Source of the DNA: an uncultured Clostridia bacterium
GTDB taxonomy: Bacteria; Bacillota; Clostridia; Oscillospirales; QAKW01
Length of the DNA: 64,000 bases
Direction: 5' to 3'
NCBI GenBank assembly: GCA_944387895.1
Contig: CALXGQ010000021.1
Location: 15,199 to 79,198, forward strand
Shown: positions 17,894 to 27,812 of the stretch, piece after piece
Position numbering within the stretch: the stretch's first letter is position 1
Layout: the number at the start of each line of letters is the position of its first letter
The notes under the pieces: model-generated
The model's input: only the letters and a program-made list of their open reading frames with translations
Told to the model about the DNA's origin: nothing
The model's database searches: none
Program-made: the position numbers and the translations under genes

Positions 17894-18532
17894 TCAGTTT
17901 TCCATAATATGCTTTTTCGCGTTCTCCGCGTGATGCAGCATCGCCGCCGAAGCCGCGGCTGGATCATGCGCGGCCAGCGCGTTATAGATCTTCCGGTGCT
18001 CCTCCACCGAAGCGGTGGCCCGGCTGTTGTTCTCCACCGACCGCTTGCGGTAACGCTGCGCCTTCTTATGCAGCGGGGTGAGCATATCATAAAATACCGC
18101 GCTGCCGGAGAACTTATAAATCAGCTCGTGGAACCGGCTGTCCATCCCCTTGATATGGTCGGAATCCTGCTTGCTGAGATAAAATTCCTGCAAGTCCAGC
18201 GTTTCCTTCAGCTCCGCAAGCTCTTCCTCCGTGATCCGCTCCGCCGTTCGGGCGGCTACCAGCCCCTCGGTTCGGATCCGAAGCTCCATGATGTCCTGCA
18301 AATCCTCCCGGGTAATGCCCAGAACCTTCAGCCCTTTCCCGGTTTCCTCCAGAATATGCTCCTGCTGCAACCGGCGCAGCGCTTCCCGCACCGGCGTCCG
18401 GCTGACGCCCAGCGCCTGGCAGAGCTTCATCTCCGTGAGGATTTCGCCGCGCTGGTACTGACCACCCAGGATCTCGTTTTCCAGCCGCTCAAACACCTGA
18501 TCGGCCAGCGAAAATGTTTTATGCTCGATCAT
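17894..18532 (-). CDS. GntR family (FadR/FCD-type) transcriptional regulator
   Basis: 212 aa. The winged HTH is LTEMKLCQALGVSRTPVREALRRLQQEH, followed by a helical C-terminal domain. The start overlaps the citrate synthase stop (ATGA). Confidence 0.85.
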   Translation of the reverse strand: MIEHKTFSLADQVFERLENEILGGQYQRGEILTEMKLCQALGVSRTPVREALRRLQQEHILEETGKGLKVLGITREDLQDIMELRIRTEGLVAARTAERITEEELAELKETLDLQEFYLSKQDSDHIKGMDSRFHELIYKFSGSAVFYDMLTPLHKKAQRYRKRSVENNSRATASVEEHRKIYNALAAHDPAAASAAMLHHAENAKKHIMEN

Positions 18533-19914
18533 CTTCTGGCTCCTTTATCAAATTTTCCGCCGGAAAGCTCCTCCAGCTTGGCCTCCAGCTCATGGTTGGA
18601 AAGCGCCGTCTGACGGCCGCCTTCATATTCCTGATCCACCCATTCCTTCATCGCCGTCACCAGAGGATCCTTTTTGCTTACCGCCTCCGGGCCGGCAAGG
18701 CCGTAGTGTTCGTTGATCCAGTATGCAACGCCCGCCAGGCCCGAGGTCTTGCTCACCAGAACGGCGGCGGGACGGTTCAGGATCTTCCGGGTATCGAAGA
18801 TATTGTAGATCTCTTCATCCTTGAGCATCCCGTCCGCATGGATCCCCGCCTTGGTCACGTTGAAATTCTCGCCAATGAAGGGCGTCATCACCGGGATTTC
18901 ATATCCGATCTCACGCTTGAAAAATTCCGCGATCTCCGTGATGACCGTGGGATCCATCCCGTCCATCGATCCCCGTAGAGCGCCATACTGCATCACCATC
19001 GCCTCCAGCGGCACGTTCCCCGTCCGCTCCCCGATCCCGAGGAGGGAACAGTTTACCGTCGAAGCGCCGTAAAGCCATGCAGTGCAGGCGTTAGCAACAG
19101 AAAGATAAAAATCATTATGGCCGTGCCATTCCAGCAGCTCGCTGGGCACCTCGGAATAATGCTGCAATCCGTAGATGATACCGGGCACGCTGCGGGGCAG
19201 GGAAACCTCGGGGAAGGGCACCCCATAGCCCATGGTATCGCAGGCGCGGATCCGCACCGGGATCTTCGCATCCCGCGACATCTTCATCAGCTCGTTCACA
19301 AAGGGAACCACAAATCCGAAGAAATCCGCCCGGGTGATGTCCTCCAGATGGCAGCGGGGCATGACCCCGGCCTCAAAGGCCTGCGCCACCGCGGAAAGAT
19401 ACTGATCCATCGCCTGCCGGCGCGTCATCTTCAGCTTTTTGAATATGTGATAATCGCTGCAGGATACCAGGATCCCGGTCTCCCGGATCCCCAGATCCTT
19501 CACCAGCTTGAAATCCTCTTTATTGGCGCGGATCCATGTTGTGATCTCCGGGAAGCGCAGCCCCAGCTCCTGGCAGCGGCGCAGCGCCGTTCTGTCCTTT
19601 TCGCTGTAAACAAAAAACTCCGTCTGCCGGATGATCCCGTAAGGCCCGCCCAGCCGGGACAAAAGCTGATAGATCTTTACAATCTGATCAACGGTATAAG
19701 GCTCTACCGACTGCATCCCGTCCCGCAGGGACGTATCGGTGATCCAGATCTCCTTCGGCATCCCCAACGGCACCCGGCGATGGTTGAAGGTGATCTTCGG
19801 AACCTCCGAATAGGTATATATGTCACGGTAAAGGTTTGGCTCCTTCACGTCCTGTAACTCATATTTATAGGTTTCGTCTTCCAACACATTGTAAACACCG
19901 GAGAGTTCTGGCAT
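18529..19914 (-). CDS. Re-face citrate synthase-like enzyme (homocitrate/isopropylmalate synthase family)
   Basis: 461 aa from ATG 19914 (AGGAGG 7 nt upstream). It has an HMGL-like domain (ITDTSLRDGMQS; HGHNDF). It is first in an operon with aconitase and IDH, the context described for Clostridium kluyveri Re-citrate synthase. Confidence 0.7.
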   Translation of the reverse strand: MPELSGVYNVLEDETYKYELQDVKEPNLYRDIYTYSEVPKITFNHRRVPLGMPKEIWITDTSLRDGMQSVEPYTVDQIVKIYQLLSRLGGPYGIIRQTEFFVYSEKDRTALRRCQELGLRFPEITTWIRANKEDFKLVKDLGIRETGILVSCSDYHIFKKLKMTRRQAMDQYLSAVAQAFEAGVMPRCHLEDITRADFFGFVVPFVNELMKMSRDAKIPVRIRACDTMGYGVPFPEVSLPRSVPGIIYGLQHYSEVPSELLEWHGHNDFYLSVANACTAWLYGASTVNCSLLGIGERTGNVPLEAMVMQYGALRGSMDGMDPTVITEIAEFFKREIGYEIPVMTPFIGENFNVTKAGIHADGMLKDEEIYNIFDTRKILNRPAAVLVSKTSGLAGVAYWINEHYGLAGPEAVSKKDPLVTAMKEWVDQEYEGGRQTALSNHELEAKLEELSGGKFDKGARR

Positions 19915-19936
19915 AAACATTCCTCCTTGCTGTATG

Positions 19937-19975
19937 ATTGTATACAATTATACTCCCGTTTTAACCCGTTGTCAA
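19937..19975 (-). promoter_or_regulatory. Consensus SigA promoter (TTGACA-17-TATAAT) plus the 12-bp palindrome ATTGTATACAAT, a candidate GntR operator
   Basis: -35 at 19970-19975 and -10 at 19947-19952. The perfect palindrome at 19937-19948 overlaps the -10/+1 region and fits the FadR-type GT-N-AC core. Confidence 0.6.
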
Positions 19976-20383
19976 CGTCGATCTTTCTATAAATTATGGC
20001 GAAACCGACGATAAAATTATATAATTTGACTATTTTCTGTGGATTCAGGCAGCGTGGGATGCAATAGGGGGTATGGCCTCCGTCGCTCTGCCGCACGGGC
20101 TTTGCCGTGGGATTCCCACAGGATACAACGGACGGGGTTGGCCACGGGGCTCTGCCGCAGGCTTCTGCCACGAGGTGCGGCGAAGCGCTCTACGACATGC
20201 ACTTGGCAGGGGCAGGGCGATAACATTGATTTGGTGCCGGACGCCCCGCGGGTTTGCGGCTGATAGGGGTCAATTTAGCGCCGGGGTTTCGGCCGCGAGG
20301 TGCAACTGTGAAACTCTGCCACACGGAGTGCCCATAGTGCGGCGGCGGGGGTTTGATCGGGGCGGAAAATCCGGCTTGGGCTT

Positions 20384-20929
20384 CTATTCGTTCAGAAACC
20401 GCGCCAGTTCCTCCACCTCCGCCAAAGCCTGGACGTCCTTTGCGGCGGGAAGGCGGTCGGTTTGGCGGCTGGCAGCCAGCGGAACCGGGCCCTCCGCGCC
20501 CATCTGGCGCAGCATGATCACCGCAGAAAAACAGGCGGTCTCCAGCCCGCCTGATCCACCGGCGGTAAGAATAACACCGCCTTTTTTACCGAAAAAAATC
20601 TGTTCGCCGCGAAACTGCCGGGCATGGAAGCAGCATTGCAGCCGGCTGGCCAACGTCAGCAACGGCCCGGGCAGCGCGCCGAACCAGACGGGCGCGGCGA
20701 CCAAAAGCCGGTCGCTCCGGGCAATGGCGGCATAAACCTCCTGCATTTCATCCTGAATATGGCAGCCCTCTTCCCGGCGGCAGCGGCGGCAATCGGTGCA
20801 GGGGCTGATCTTCGCCCCAAATACGTCGATCTGCCGGATCTCCCCCTTCAGCCGCTGCTTTGCCGCCGTCAGCAGAGCGGCGGTATCGCCGTTGCTGCGG
20901 GGGGAGCCGTTGAAAATCAGCGTTTCCAT
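20384..20929 (-). CDS. Iron-sulfur flavoprotein-like NAD(P)H-dependent FMN reductase
   Basis: 181 aa. It has a flavodoxin-like N-terminus LIFNGSPRSNGDT and the compact Cys motif CTDCRRCRREEGC (C-x2-C-x2-C-x5-C). Its ATG overlaps the rpoD stop (TGATG). Confidence 0.7.
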   Translation of the reverse strand: METLIFNGSPRSNGDTAALLTAAKQRLKGEIRQIDVFGAKISPCTDCRRCRREEGCHIQDEMQEVYAAIARSDRLLVAAPVWFGALPGPLLTLASRLQCCFHARQFRGEQIFFGKKGGVILTAGGSGGLETACFSAVIMLRQMGAEGPVPLAASRQTDRLPAAKDVQALAEVEELARFLNE

Positions 20930-22170
20930 CAGTTATCCAGAAAATCCTTCAGCTTGCGGCTGCGGCTGGGATGGCGCAGCTTGCGCAACGCCTTCGATTC
21001 GATCTGCCGGATCCGTTCACGGGTGACGTTAAATTCCTTGCCCACTTCCTCCAGCGTTCTCTGGCGGCCGTCGCGCAGGCCGAACCGCAGCTCCAGAACC
21101 TTCGCTTCCCGGGGGGTCAGCGTAGAGAGAACCTCCACCAGCTGTTCCCGCAGCATGATCTGGGAAGTGGCCTCCACCGGAGCGGGGATATCGTCGTCGG
21201 GAATAAAATCGCCCAAATGGCTGTCCTCTTCCTCGCCGATCGGGGTTTCCAGCGAAACCGGATCCAGCGCGATCCGCAGAATTTCCCGCACCTTTTCCTC
21301 CGGCTGATTGATCTCGCGGGCAATCTCCTCGCTGGTGGGATCCCGGCCCAGCTCCTGCACCAGCTGGCGGGAGACCCGCATGACCCGGTTGATGGTTTCG
21401 ACCATATGCACGGGGATCCGGATGGTTCGCGCCTGATCCGCAATGGCGCGGGTGATCGCCTGCCGGATCCACCAGGTGGCATAGGTGGAGAATTTATATC
21501 CTTTTTCATAATCGAACTTTTCGACCGCCTTGATCAGACCCAGATTGCCCTCCTGGATCAGATCCAGAAAATGCATCCCCCGGCCGACATACCGCTTGGC
21601 GATGGATACCACCAGCCGCAGATTGGCTTCCGAAAGACGCTGCTTGGCCTTTTCGCCGGAAGCGATCTCGCTGTTGTAAAATTCCAGTTCCTCCGGGGAA
21701 AAAGCGTCCGGAAGCGCTTCAAAGGCTTCCCGATCCTCTTCCTCCGGCGTGCCGCCGTTTTTCTTCAGCTCCATCAGCCGCAGCTGGCGCGCCGCTTCGC
21801 TGCCCCGGAGCATCCGCTTGGCCAGGTCGATCTCTTCTTCGCCGTTGAGCAGCGGAACCTTGCCGATCTCCTTCAGATAGACCTTAACAGGATCGTCCAC
21901 CAGCGTATGCTCGCCGGCGTCGGAAGCGCCGGATTCCTCGTCCTTCTGCTCCACGATATGCACGATGCTGGAAATATCCTCGATATCATCCACCGAATCC
22001 TCAATGATCTCGATCCCCTGTTCCTCGATCATATCGTAGAGCTTTTCGATCTGCTCCGGATCCAGCGCGACCTCGTCCAGGATATCCATGATTTCCCGGT
22101 TGGTCAGCGAGCCTTTGCTTTTCCCCAGCTCCAGCAGTTCTTTATAAAACGACTTCTTCTCAATGTTCAT
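20929..22170 (-). CDS. rpoD: Primary RNA polymerase sigma factor
   Basis: 413 aa with regions 1.1 to 4, including [30 protein letters not shown] and [20 protein letters not shown]. Confidence 0.95.
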   Translation of the reverse strand: MNIEKKSFYKELLELGKSKGSLTNREIMDILDEVALDPEQIEKLYDMIEEQGIEIIEDSVDDIEDISSIVHIVEQKDEESGASDAGEHTLVDDPVKVYLKEIGKVPLLNGEEEIDLAKRMLRGSEAARQLRLMELKKNGGTPEEEDREAFEALPDAFSPEELEFYNSEIASGEKAKQRLSEANLRLVVSIAKRYVGRGMHFLDLIQEGNLGLIKAVEKFDYEKGYKFSTYATWWIRQAITRAIADQARTIRIPVHMVETINRVMRVSRQLVQELGRDPTSEEIAREINQPEEKVREILRIALDPVSLETPIGEEEDSHLGDFIPDDDIPAPVEATSQIMLREQLVEVLSTLTPREAKVLELRFGLRDGRQRTLEEVGKEFNVTRERIRQIESKALRKLRHPSRSRKLKDFLDN

Positions 22171-23917
22171 CCTTAATCTCCTTTATTTTATCCATCAGTT
22201 CCTCCGGCGAAAGCTCCCCGGCGTTCACCTGCTTCATTCCTTCGTTTTTCAGGATCTCCACGCACTCCTTCAGCTGCTCCGCCGGATCGCCGCGCAGCAC
22301 CGGCGTATTGATAAAAAACGATATCCGGGCCATTTCCTTTTCATCGAACGCCCCGGTAAAAGCCGGCGCCGCCGCATCGGGGTTTTTTCGGTATTCCTCC
22401 AGCAAAAAGGAATAGACCCGGCGGTTGAAGCTTGTTAAAAACCGTTCCGGCGGCAGCAGCTTTTCCGCGCTCTGCCAAAGATCGGGGTGGCGCACCAGAA
22501 TGGAAAGGATCATCTCCTCCGCCCGGGCGGCACGGATCATGCCGGCCCGCTCGGGGTTGACGCGGTCGTAGCTCCCCTTCAGCTCCTGTTCCCCGCTGCG
22601 GATCTCCCGGCGCTGAGCGGCGGCTTTGTTCCGCCGGATCTTTTTATTGACCTCCGTGCGCACGGCCTCCGCGCTGATCTCCAGCTCCCGGCCGAGCTTC
22701 AGCACATAAACGTCCCGCTCTGCCGCGCTCTCGATCCCGGCCAGCAGCTCTACCGCCTGCCGCAGATATTCCACCTTCATGGCGGTATCGCTCAGATCCA
22801 GCCCGGCGCGCAGCTTTTCCAGTTGAAATTCCACCGGCGTTTTGGAGCTGTTGACCAGCTTGGCGAACCGCTCCCGGCCGAAATTTCTGATAAATTCGTC
22901 CGGATCCTTGGCGCCCTGCATCTGAAGGATCCGAACAGGAATCCCCTGCTCCTCCAGAAACCGGATCGCCTTATCCGTCGCCTTCAGGCCGGCCGAATCA
23001 TTATCGAAGGCCACCACAATCTTTTTGGCATATTTTGCCAGAATCCTGGCCTGCTCCTTGGTAAAGGCGGTGCCCAGCGGCGCCACCGCTCCGGTAAAGC
23101 CCGCCTGCGCAAGGGAAACGACATCCAGGTTCCCTTCGCAGAGGATCAGGGTTCCATCCGGCTCGTTTTTTGCCAGATGCAGACCAAAAACGCAGGAGCC
23201 TTTGGTAAAGATCTCTGTTTCGGGGGAGTTGAGATATTTGGGCTTCCCATCCCCCAGAATGCGCCCCGAAAAAGCCACGACATTGCCGCGCAGATCAAAA
23301 ACGGGAAACATCACGCGGTTGCGGAACTTATCATAGGTTCCGCCGCTCCGCTCGCTGCGCGCCAGAAGCCCTGCCGCCAGCATTTCATCGACGGTATAGC
23401 CCCTGCTCCGCAGCTCCTCTTTCAGCGCGGAAAAGGAATCCGGCGCATACCCCAGCCCGAAGCGGACGATCGCCTCCCGGCCGATCCCGCGGCCGGTCAG
23501 ATACTCCAGCCCCGCCCGGCCTTCGGCCCCGGTCAGCGTGTGGTAAAAGAACCGGGCGGCCAGCTTATGCATCTCATACATCCGCTCCCGCCGCCGGCGC
23601 TGAAAGGCGGCGTTGCGCCCTTCCGCCTCCGGCAGCTGCATCCCGCTGCGTTCCGCCAGATACCGCACCGCTTCCATGTAGTCCAGATTCTGATACTTCA
23701 TGACAAAGGTGATGACGTCGCCGCCGGCGCCGCATCCAAAGCAGTAAAAGGACTCGGTTTCCTCAAAGACCGTAAAGGAGGGCGTTTTTTCGCCGTGAAA
23801 GGGGCAAAGGCCGGTATGGCGGGTTCCGTTTCTTTTCAGCTGCACATAAGGCGCGATCACGTCGACGATATGATTGCGGGCCTTCAGCTCCGCCAGAAAA
23901 CGCGTATCCAGCGCCAT
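22160..23917 (-). CDS. dnaG: DNA primase
   Basis: It has the zinc finger [22 protein letters not shown] and a TOPRIM region. The start is set at ATG 23917 (GGATGGGAG RBS; TAATG overlap with the dgt stop) rather than 23929. Confidence 0.9.
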   Translation of the reverse strand: MALDTRFLAELKARNHIVDVIAPYVQLKRNGTRHTGLCPFHGEKTPSFTVFEETESFYCFGCGAGGDVITFVMKYQNLDYMEAVRYLAERSGMQLPEAEGRNAAFQRRRRERMYEMHKLAARFFYHTLTGAEGRAGLEYLTGRGIGREAIVRFGLGYAPDSFSALKEELRSRGYTVDEMLAAGLLARSERSGGTYDKFRNRVMFPVFDLRGNVVAFSGRILGDGKPKYLNSPETEIFTKGSCVFGLHLAKNEPDGTLILCEGNLDVVSLAQAGFTGAVAPLGTAFTKEQARILAKYAKKIVVAFDNDSAGLKATDKAIRFLEEQGIPVRILQMQGAKDPDEFIRNFGRERFAKLVNSSKTPVEFQLEKLRAGLDLSDTAMKVEYLRQAVELLAGIESAAERDVYVLKLGRELEISAEAVRTEVNKKIRRNKAAAQRREIRSGEQELKGSYDRVNPERAGMIRAARAEEMILSILVRHPDLWQSAEKLLPPERFLTSFNRRVYSFLLEEYRKNPDAAAPAFTGAFDEKEMARISFFINTPVLRGDPAEQLKECVEILKNEGMKQVNAGELSPEELMDKIKEIKDEH

Positions 23918-24924
23918 TAAAGCTCCCATCCTTTCGGCAAGTATATTTCCTTATATAAATTCACAACATAAGTATCGGTCATTCCCGCCAGATAATCCAA
24001 AACCGCCCGCTCCGTGCCTTCATTTTCCATCACGGAGCCGTATTCCGCCGGAATTTTCTCCGGCCGCTTCATGAAATAGCGGAAAAGCCGCTGCATCAGC
24101 CGCTCGGCCTTGGCTTCCTCCGTTTTGGCGCGGGAGCCGGTATAGACCCGCTCAAACATGAACGTCCGCAGGGTGTTCATGGCATTGCCGATCTCCGGCT
24201 CGATGGAGATGCCGGGACAAAGGGAAACCTGATCATGATTCAGGCTGTGCGCCACCACGCCCTGCACCAGCGTATTGATGCGGTCGCCGTGGCTTTTCCC
24301 CAAAACGGCGATCGCCTGCTCCGGCAGCTCCTCCTCGCGGATGATGCCGCCCCGCAGCGCGTCGTCGATATCATGATTGATATAGGCGATCCGGTCGGAA
24401 AGACGCACCACCTGCCCTTCATAGGTCGCGGGCAGCTTGTCCCCCGTGTGGCAGGCCATGCCGTCGAGCACCTCATGGGTCAGGTTCAGCCGTTCCAGAA
24501 TCGCCGCCACGCGAACGCTCTGCTCATTATGCCGGAAGGGGACGGAGGCCACCGCGTGCAGCGCCCGTTCACCGGCGTGGCCAAAGGGCGTATGACCCAG
24601 ATCATGCCCCAGCGCGATCGCTTCCGTGAGATCCTCATTGAGCCGCAGGCTGCGGGCAATGGTCCGGGAGATCTGCGAAACCTCCAGCGTATGGGTCAGG
24701 CGGGTGCGGTAATGATCGCCGGACGGACTTAAAAATACCTGCGTTTTATGTTTCAGCCGGCGAAAGGCTTTGGAATGGATGATCCGATCCCGATCCCGGC
24801 TGAAGCAGGTGCGCAGAGGGCATTGCTCCACCGCCTCCGCCCGGCCGCGGCTGGCACGGGAAAGGCAGGCGTAAGGAGAAAGGATCTGCGCTTCCAATTC
24901 TTCCTGCTGTTCTCGAAAATTCAT
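23917..24924 (-). CDS. dGTP triphosphohydrolase-like HD-domain protein
   Basis: 335 aa. The HD motifs are RLTHTLEVSQISR and GHDLGHTPFGHAGE. It is first in the dgt-dnaG-rpoD arrangement. Confidence 0.85.
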   Translation of the reverse strand: MNFREQQEELEAQILSPYACLSRASRGRAEAVEQCPLRTCFSRDRDRIIHSKAFRRLKHKTQVFLSPSGDHYRTRLTHTLEVSQISRTIARSLRLNEDLTEAIALGHDLGHTPFGHAGERALHAVASVPFRHNEQSVRVAAILERLNLTHEVLDGMACHTGDKLPATYEGQVVRLSDRIAYINHDIDDALRGGIIREEELPEQAIAVLGKSHGDRINTLVQGVVAHSLNHDQVSLCPGISIEPEIGNAMNTLRTFMFERVYTGSRAKTEEAKAERLMQRLFRYFMKRPEKIPAEYGSVMENEGTERAVLDYLAGMTDTYVVNLYKEIYLPKGWEL

Positions 24925-24995
24925 GATGAAAAATCCTCCTAATTATCTATACCGCGCAAAAGACAAAATACCTTTATTTTTTCATTATTTTTTTC

Positions 24996-25024
24996 TTGAC
25001 AAATAAAAAAACAGCCTGTATAAT
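24996..25024 (+). promoter_or_regulatory. Consensus promoter of tRNA-Lys (TTGACA-17-TATAAT)
   Basis: TTGACA at 24996-25001 and TATAAT at 25019-25024, with an AT-rich upstream region. Confidence 0.65.
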
Positions 25025-25053
25025 ATATTAGCGTTCAACGACCATATCCAAAC

Positions 25054-25129
25054 GATCCATTAGCTCAGCTGGCAGAGCATTTGACTTTTAATCAAAGGGT
25101 CCGGAGTTCGAATCTCCGATGGATCACCA
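25054..25129 (+). tRNA. tRNA-Lys (anticodon TTT)
   Basis: The acceptor stem is GATCCAT/ATGGATC, the D-arm AGCTCAGCTGGCAGAGC, the anticodon stem-loop TTTGA-CTTTTAA-TCAAA and the T-arm CGGAG-TTCGAAT-CTCCG. The CCA end is encoded. Confidence 0.9.
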
Positions 25130-25268
25130 CCAGGCAGGGCCTGGAGCCAATGCGCTCCGGGCCTTTTTCTGTATCTCCGCCTTTTGCCGGCGGCAAGGGC
25201 CGGGTCGATCCTGTTTCAATATTCCGGATCGAAGCGGCGGTTTTTGCTCCGGCGTCCCGGCCGGCGTC

Positions 25269-25297
25269 TTGCAATCCGGCGGAGAAGGTGCTATAAT
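25269..25297 (+). promoter_or_regulatory. Promoter of pdxK (TTGCAA-17-TATAAT)
   Basis: Motifs lie at 25269-25274 and 25292-25297. An AGAAGGAGG RBS follows. Confidence 0.55.
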
Positions 25298-25326
25298 CTT
25301 TTCAGTTTCAAGAAGGAGGCATAGCC

Positions 25327-26157
25327 ATGTCGTATCAAAGAATCCTGACGGTTCAGGACATCTCCTGCCTGGGGCAATGCTCCCTGACGGCGGCGCTGCC
25401 GATCCTCTCGGCCTGCGGTTTTGAAACGTGTATTCTGCCTTCCGCCCTGCTTTCCACCCATACCGGCGGCTTTTCCGGCTATACCTTCCGGGATCTGACC
25501 GACGATATCCCCAGGATCCGGCAGCACTGGCAGAAGGAGGGGATCCGGTTCGACGCCGTTTATACCGGGTATCTTGCCGGCGCCCGGCAGATCGATGAGG
25601 TGCTGGATCTGATCGGCGCCCTTCTCGCGCCCGGCGGGATGGTTGCGGTGGATCCCGCCATGGCGGATCACGGCCGGCTTTACGCCGGATTTGACGAAGC
25701 CTTTGCCGCCGCCATGAAAAAGCTCTGCGCCGCGGCGGATATCATCCTGCCGAACATCACCGAGGCCTGCTTCCTTACCGGCGTTCCCTACCGGGAAACC
25801 TATGATCCGGCCTATATCGACCGCATTTTGAAAAAGCTGACGGAAATCGGCGCCAAAACCGTGATTCTGACCGGCGTCAGCTATCATCCGTCCACCACCG
25901 GCGTGGCGGTATCGGAAAAGGGACGCCGCTTCTATTATGCCCACAAACGCATCGACCGAATCTGCCACGGAACCGGCGACATCTACGCCTCCGCCTTCAT
26001 CGGCGCCTATCTCAACGGAAAACCGGCGCCGGAGGCGGCAAAAATCGCGGCGGAATACACCGTCCGCTGCATTGAAAACACCCTGGACGATCCCGATCAC
26101 TGGTATGGCGTTAAATTTGAGCCCGCGCTGGGCGACCTGATCCGGGCCGTTCGGTAA
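25327..26157 (+). CDS. pdxK: Pyridoxamine/pyridoxal kinase
   Basis: 276 aa. The N-terminus is ILTVQDISCLGQCSLTAALPILSACG. It is a ribokinase-fold protein with GTGDIYASAF near the C-terminus. Confidence 0.8.
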   Translation: MSYQRILTVQDISCLGQCSLTAALPILSACGFETCILPSALLSTHTGGFSGYTFRDLTDDIPRIRQHWQKEGIRFDAVYTGYLAGARQIDEVLDLIGALLAPGGMVAVDPAMADHGRLYAGFDEAFAAAMKKLCAAADIILPNITEACFLTGVPYRETYDPAYIDRILKKLTEIGAKTVILTGVSYHPSTTGVAVSEKGRRFYYAHKRIDRICHGTGDIYASAFIGAYLNGKPAPEAAKIAAEYTVRCIENTLDDPDHWYGVKFEPALGDLIRAVR

Positions 26158-26162
26158 AGCAG

Positions 26163-26201
26163 GCAGGCGCGCCCCGCAAAAGAGGCGCGCCTGCTTTTTT
26201 T
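26163..26201 (+). terminator. Intrinsic terminator after pdxK
   Basis: The stem GCAGGCGCGCC/GGCGCGCCTGC is followed by TTTTTTT. Confidence 0.8.
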
Positions 26202-26211
26202 CTCTTTTTCT

Positions 26212-26673
26212 TTACGCTTTATACCGAAGCATCTCCGGCGTCCAGCCCCGCAGCGTTTCCCGCATTGCGGCGGCTTCTTTTTTTGCGCCGGCCAGATCGT
26301 GCTCCAGATAGTTGCCGCACTCGATTTTGTTGGTGCCGGGGATCTCCCCCTCATAGGCGGCGATAAACGCCATGGAATCCTGCGCCAGACGAATGGCCTC
26401 CTCAAAGGACACCCGGTCGCGCAGCAAAAGATAAAAACCCGTCCGGCAGCCCATCGGCCCCACATAGAGAATCTGATCCGCCCATTCCGTGTTCCGGGCG
26501 TAGGTGGCAAAGAGATGCTCGATGGTATGCATGGCGGCGTTGGCCAGATAGTCGCCGCCGTTGGGTTTTTTCATCCGGATATCATAGGTCACGGCGTCGC
26601 CGTCGATCCGGGAAAGATACATCCCCGGCTCCAGCAGATCGTGGTTGACCGTAAAACTATCGATTTTTTTCAT
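26212..26673 (-). CDS. luxS: S-ribosylhomocysteine lyase
   Basis: 153 aa. It has the metal-binding HTIEHL and GC(R)TGFY motifs, and the overall pattern is LuxS-like. Confidence 0.95.
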   Translation of the reverse strand: MKKIDSFTVNHDLLEPGMYLSRIDGDAVTYDIRMKKPNGGDYLANAAMHTIEHLFATYARNTEWADQILYVGPMGCRTGFYLLLRDRVSFEEAIRLAQDSMAFIAAYEGEIPGTNKIECGNYLEHDLAGAKKEAAAMRETLRGWTPEMLRYKA

Positions 26674-26682
26674 GGTTCCTCC

Positions 26683-27798
26683 TCAATCGGCGCTGTAAAC
26701 ACACCCGCCGCCCACAAATGTGGCGCGGATCCGGCAGGTTTCATCCAGCAGAATAAAATCCGCCAGCGTGCCGGGCAGCAGCGTGCCCATCTCCCGCTCC
26801 AGACCCAGAAGCCGCGCCGGGTTCTCCGTTGCCATCTGCAGCGCCTCGGCCAGGGAAATGCCGCCGTACTGCGCCATGTTCCGTACCCCCTCGTTCAGCT
26901 TCAGCACCGATCCCGCCAGCGTGCCGTCCAGCAGCTGCGCCCGGCGGTTCTGCACCACCACCGGCTGACCGCCCAGCGCATACCGCCCATCGGGCAGGCC
27001 GCCGGCCTCCATGCAGTCGGTGATCAGGCAGATCCGATCCTTTTTCAGCCGCGCCAGCATCGAAAAAAGATGCCGGCTCACATGGATCGTATCGGCGATA
27101 AGCTCAATATAAGCGTCCCCCTCCAGCGCTGCGCCGATCACGCCGGGATCCCGGTGATGCAGCGGCGGCATGGCGTTAAAGAAATGGGTCGTGCTCAGCG
27201 CCCCGGCCCGGTATGCGGCCGCCGCTTCCTCATAAGTGGCGTTGGTGTGCCCGATCGAGGGAACGATCCCGCGCTCCCGGAGCCCGCGGGCAAAGGCCTG
27301 GCCTTCGTCCCGCTCCGGCGCATAGGTCACGATTTTGATCACGTCCTTAAAAGGCTCCACCATCTCCATGGACGGGGCGACGATATAGGTGCCGTCCTGA
27401 GCGCCCTTTTTACCGGGATGGATAAAAGGCCCCTCCATATGACACCCCAGCACCCGGGCGCCCCGCGGGGCGCCCATGCAGCCGCGCACCCGTTCCATGG
27501 CGGCGGCGATGGTTTCCCGATCCATCGTCATGGTGGTGGGCAGAAAGGCCGTTACGCCGTTTTCCGGCAGGGCGGCGGCCATCTGCGCCGGAGAATGGGT
27601 CATGGTGTCCTCGCCCTTATATCCGTGGATATGGAGATCGATCAGTCCGGCAGAGAGAAAAAGCCCGCCGCCGTCCGTCACCTCCGCCTGCGCCGGCGCC
27701 TCCGCCGCAACCCCGATGATCCGCTCATCGAAAAGCAGAACCGATTCCGGCAGGATCCGCCCGCCCTGCACGATCTTTACATTTTTAATCGCCTTCAT
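26683..27798 (-). CDS. nagA: N-acetylglucosamine-6-phosphate deacetylase
   Basis: 371 aa amidohydrolase with GLIDLHIHGYKG and THFFNAMPPLHHRDPG. Confidence 0.9.
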   Translation of the reverse strand: MKAIKNVKIVQGGRILPESVLLFDERIIGVAAEAPAQAEVTDGGGLFLSAGLIDLHIHGYKGEDTMTHSPAQMAAALPENGVTAFLPTTMTMDRETIAAAMERVRGCMGAPRGARVLGCHMEGPFIHPGKKGAQDGTYIVAPSMEMVEPFKDVIKIVTYAPERDEGQAFARGLRERGIVPSIGHTNATYEEAAAAYRAGALSTTHFFNAMPPLHHRDPGVIGAALEGDAYIELIADTIHVSRHLFSMLARLKKDRICLITDCMEAGGLPDGRYALGGQPVVVQNRRAQLLDGTLAGSVLKLNEGVRNMAQYGGISLAEALQMATENPARLLGLEREMGTLLPGTLADFILLDETCRIRATFVGGGCVYSAD

Positions 27799-27812
27799 GC
27801 CGCGCCTCCTTT

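Noticed and set aside
20073-20735. 220-aa plus-strand ORF spanning the GC-rich spacer and the flavoprotein gene
   Set aside because: It overlaps the antisense strand of a motif-supported gene and has R/G/C-rich composition, no RBS and no recognisable domain.
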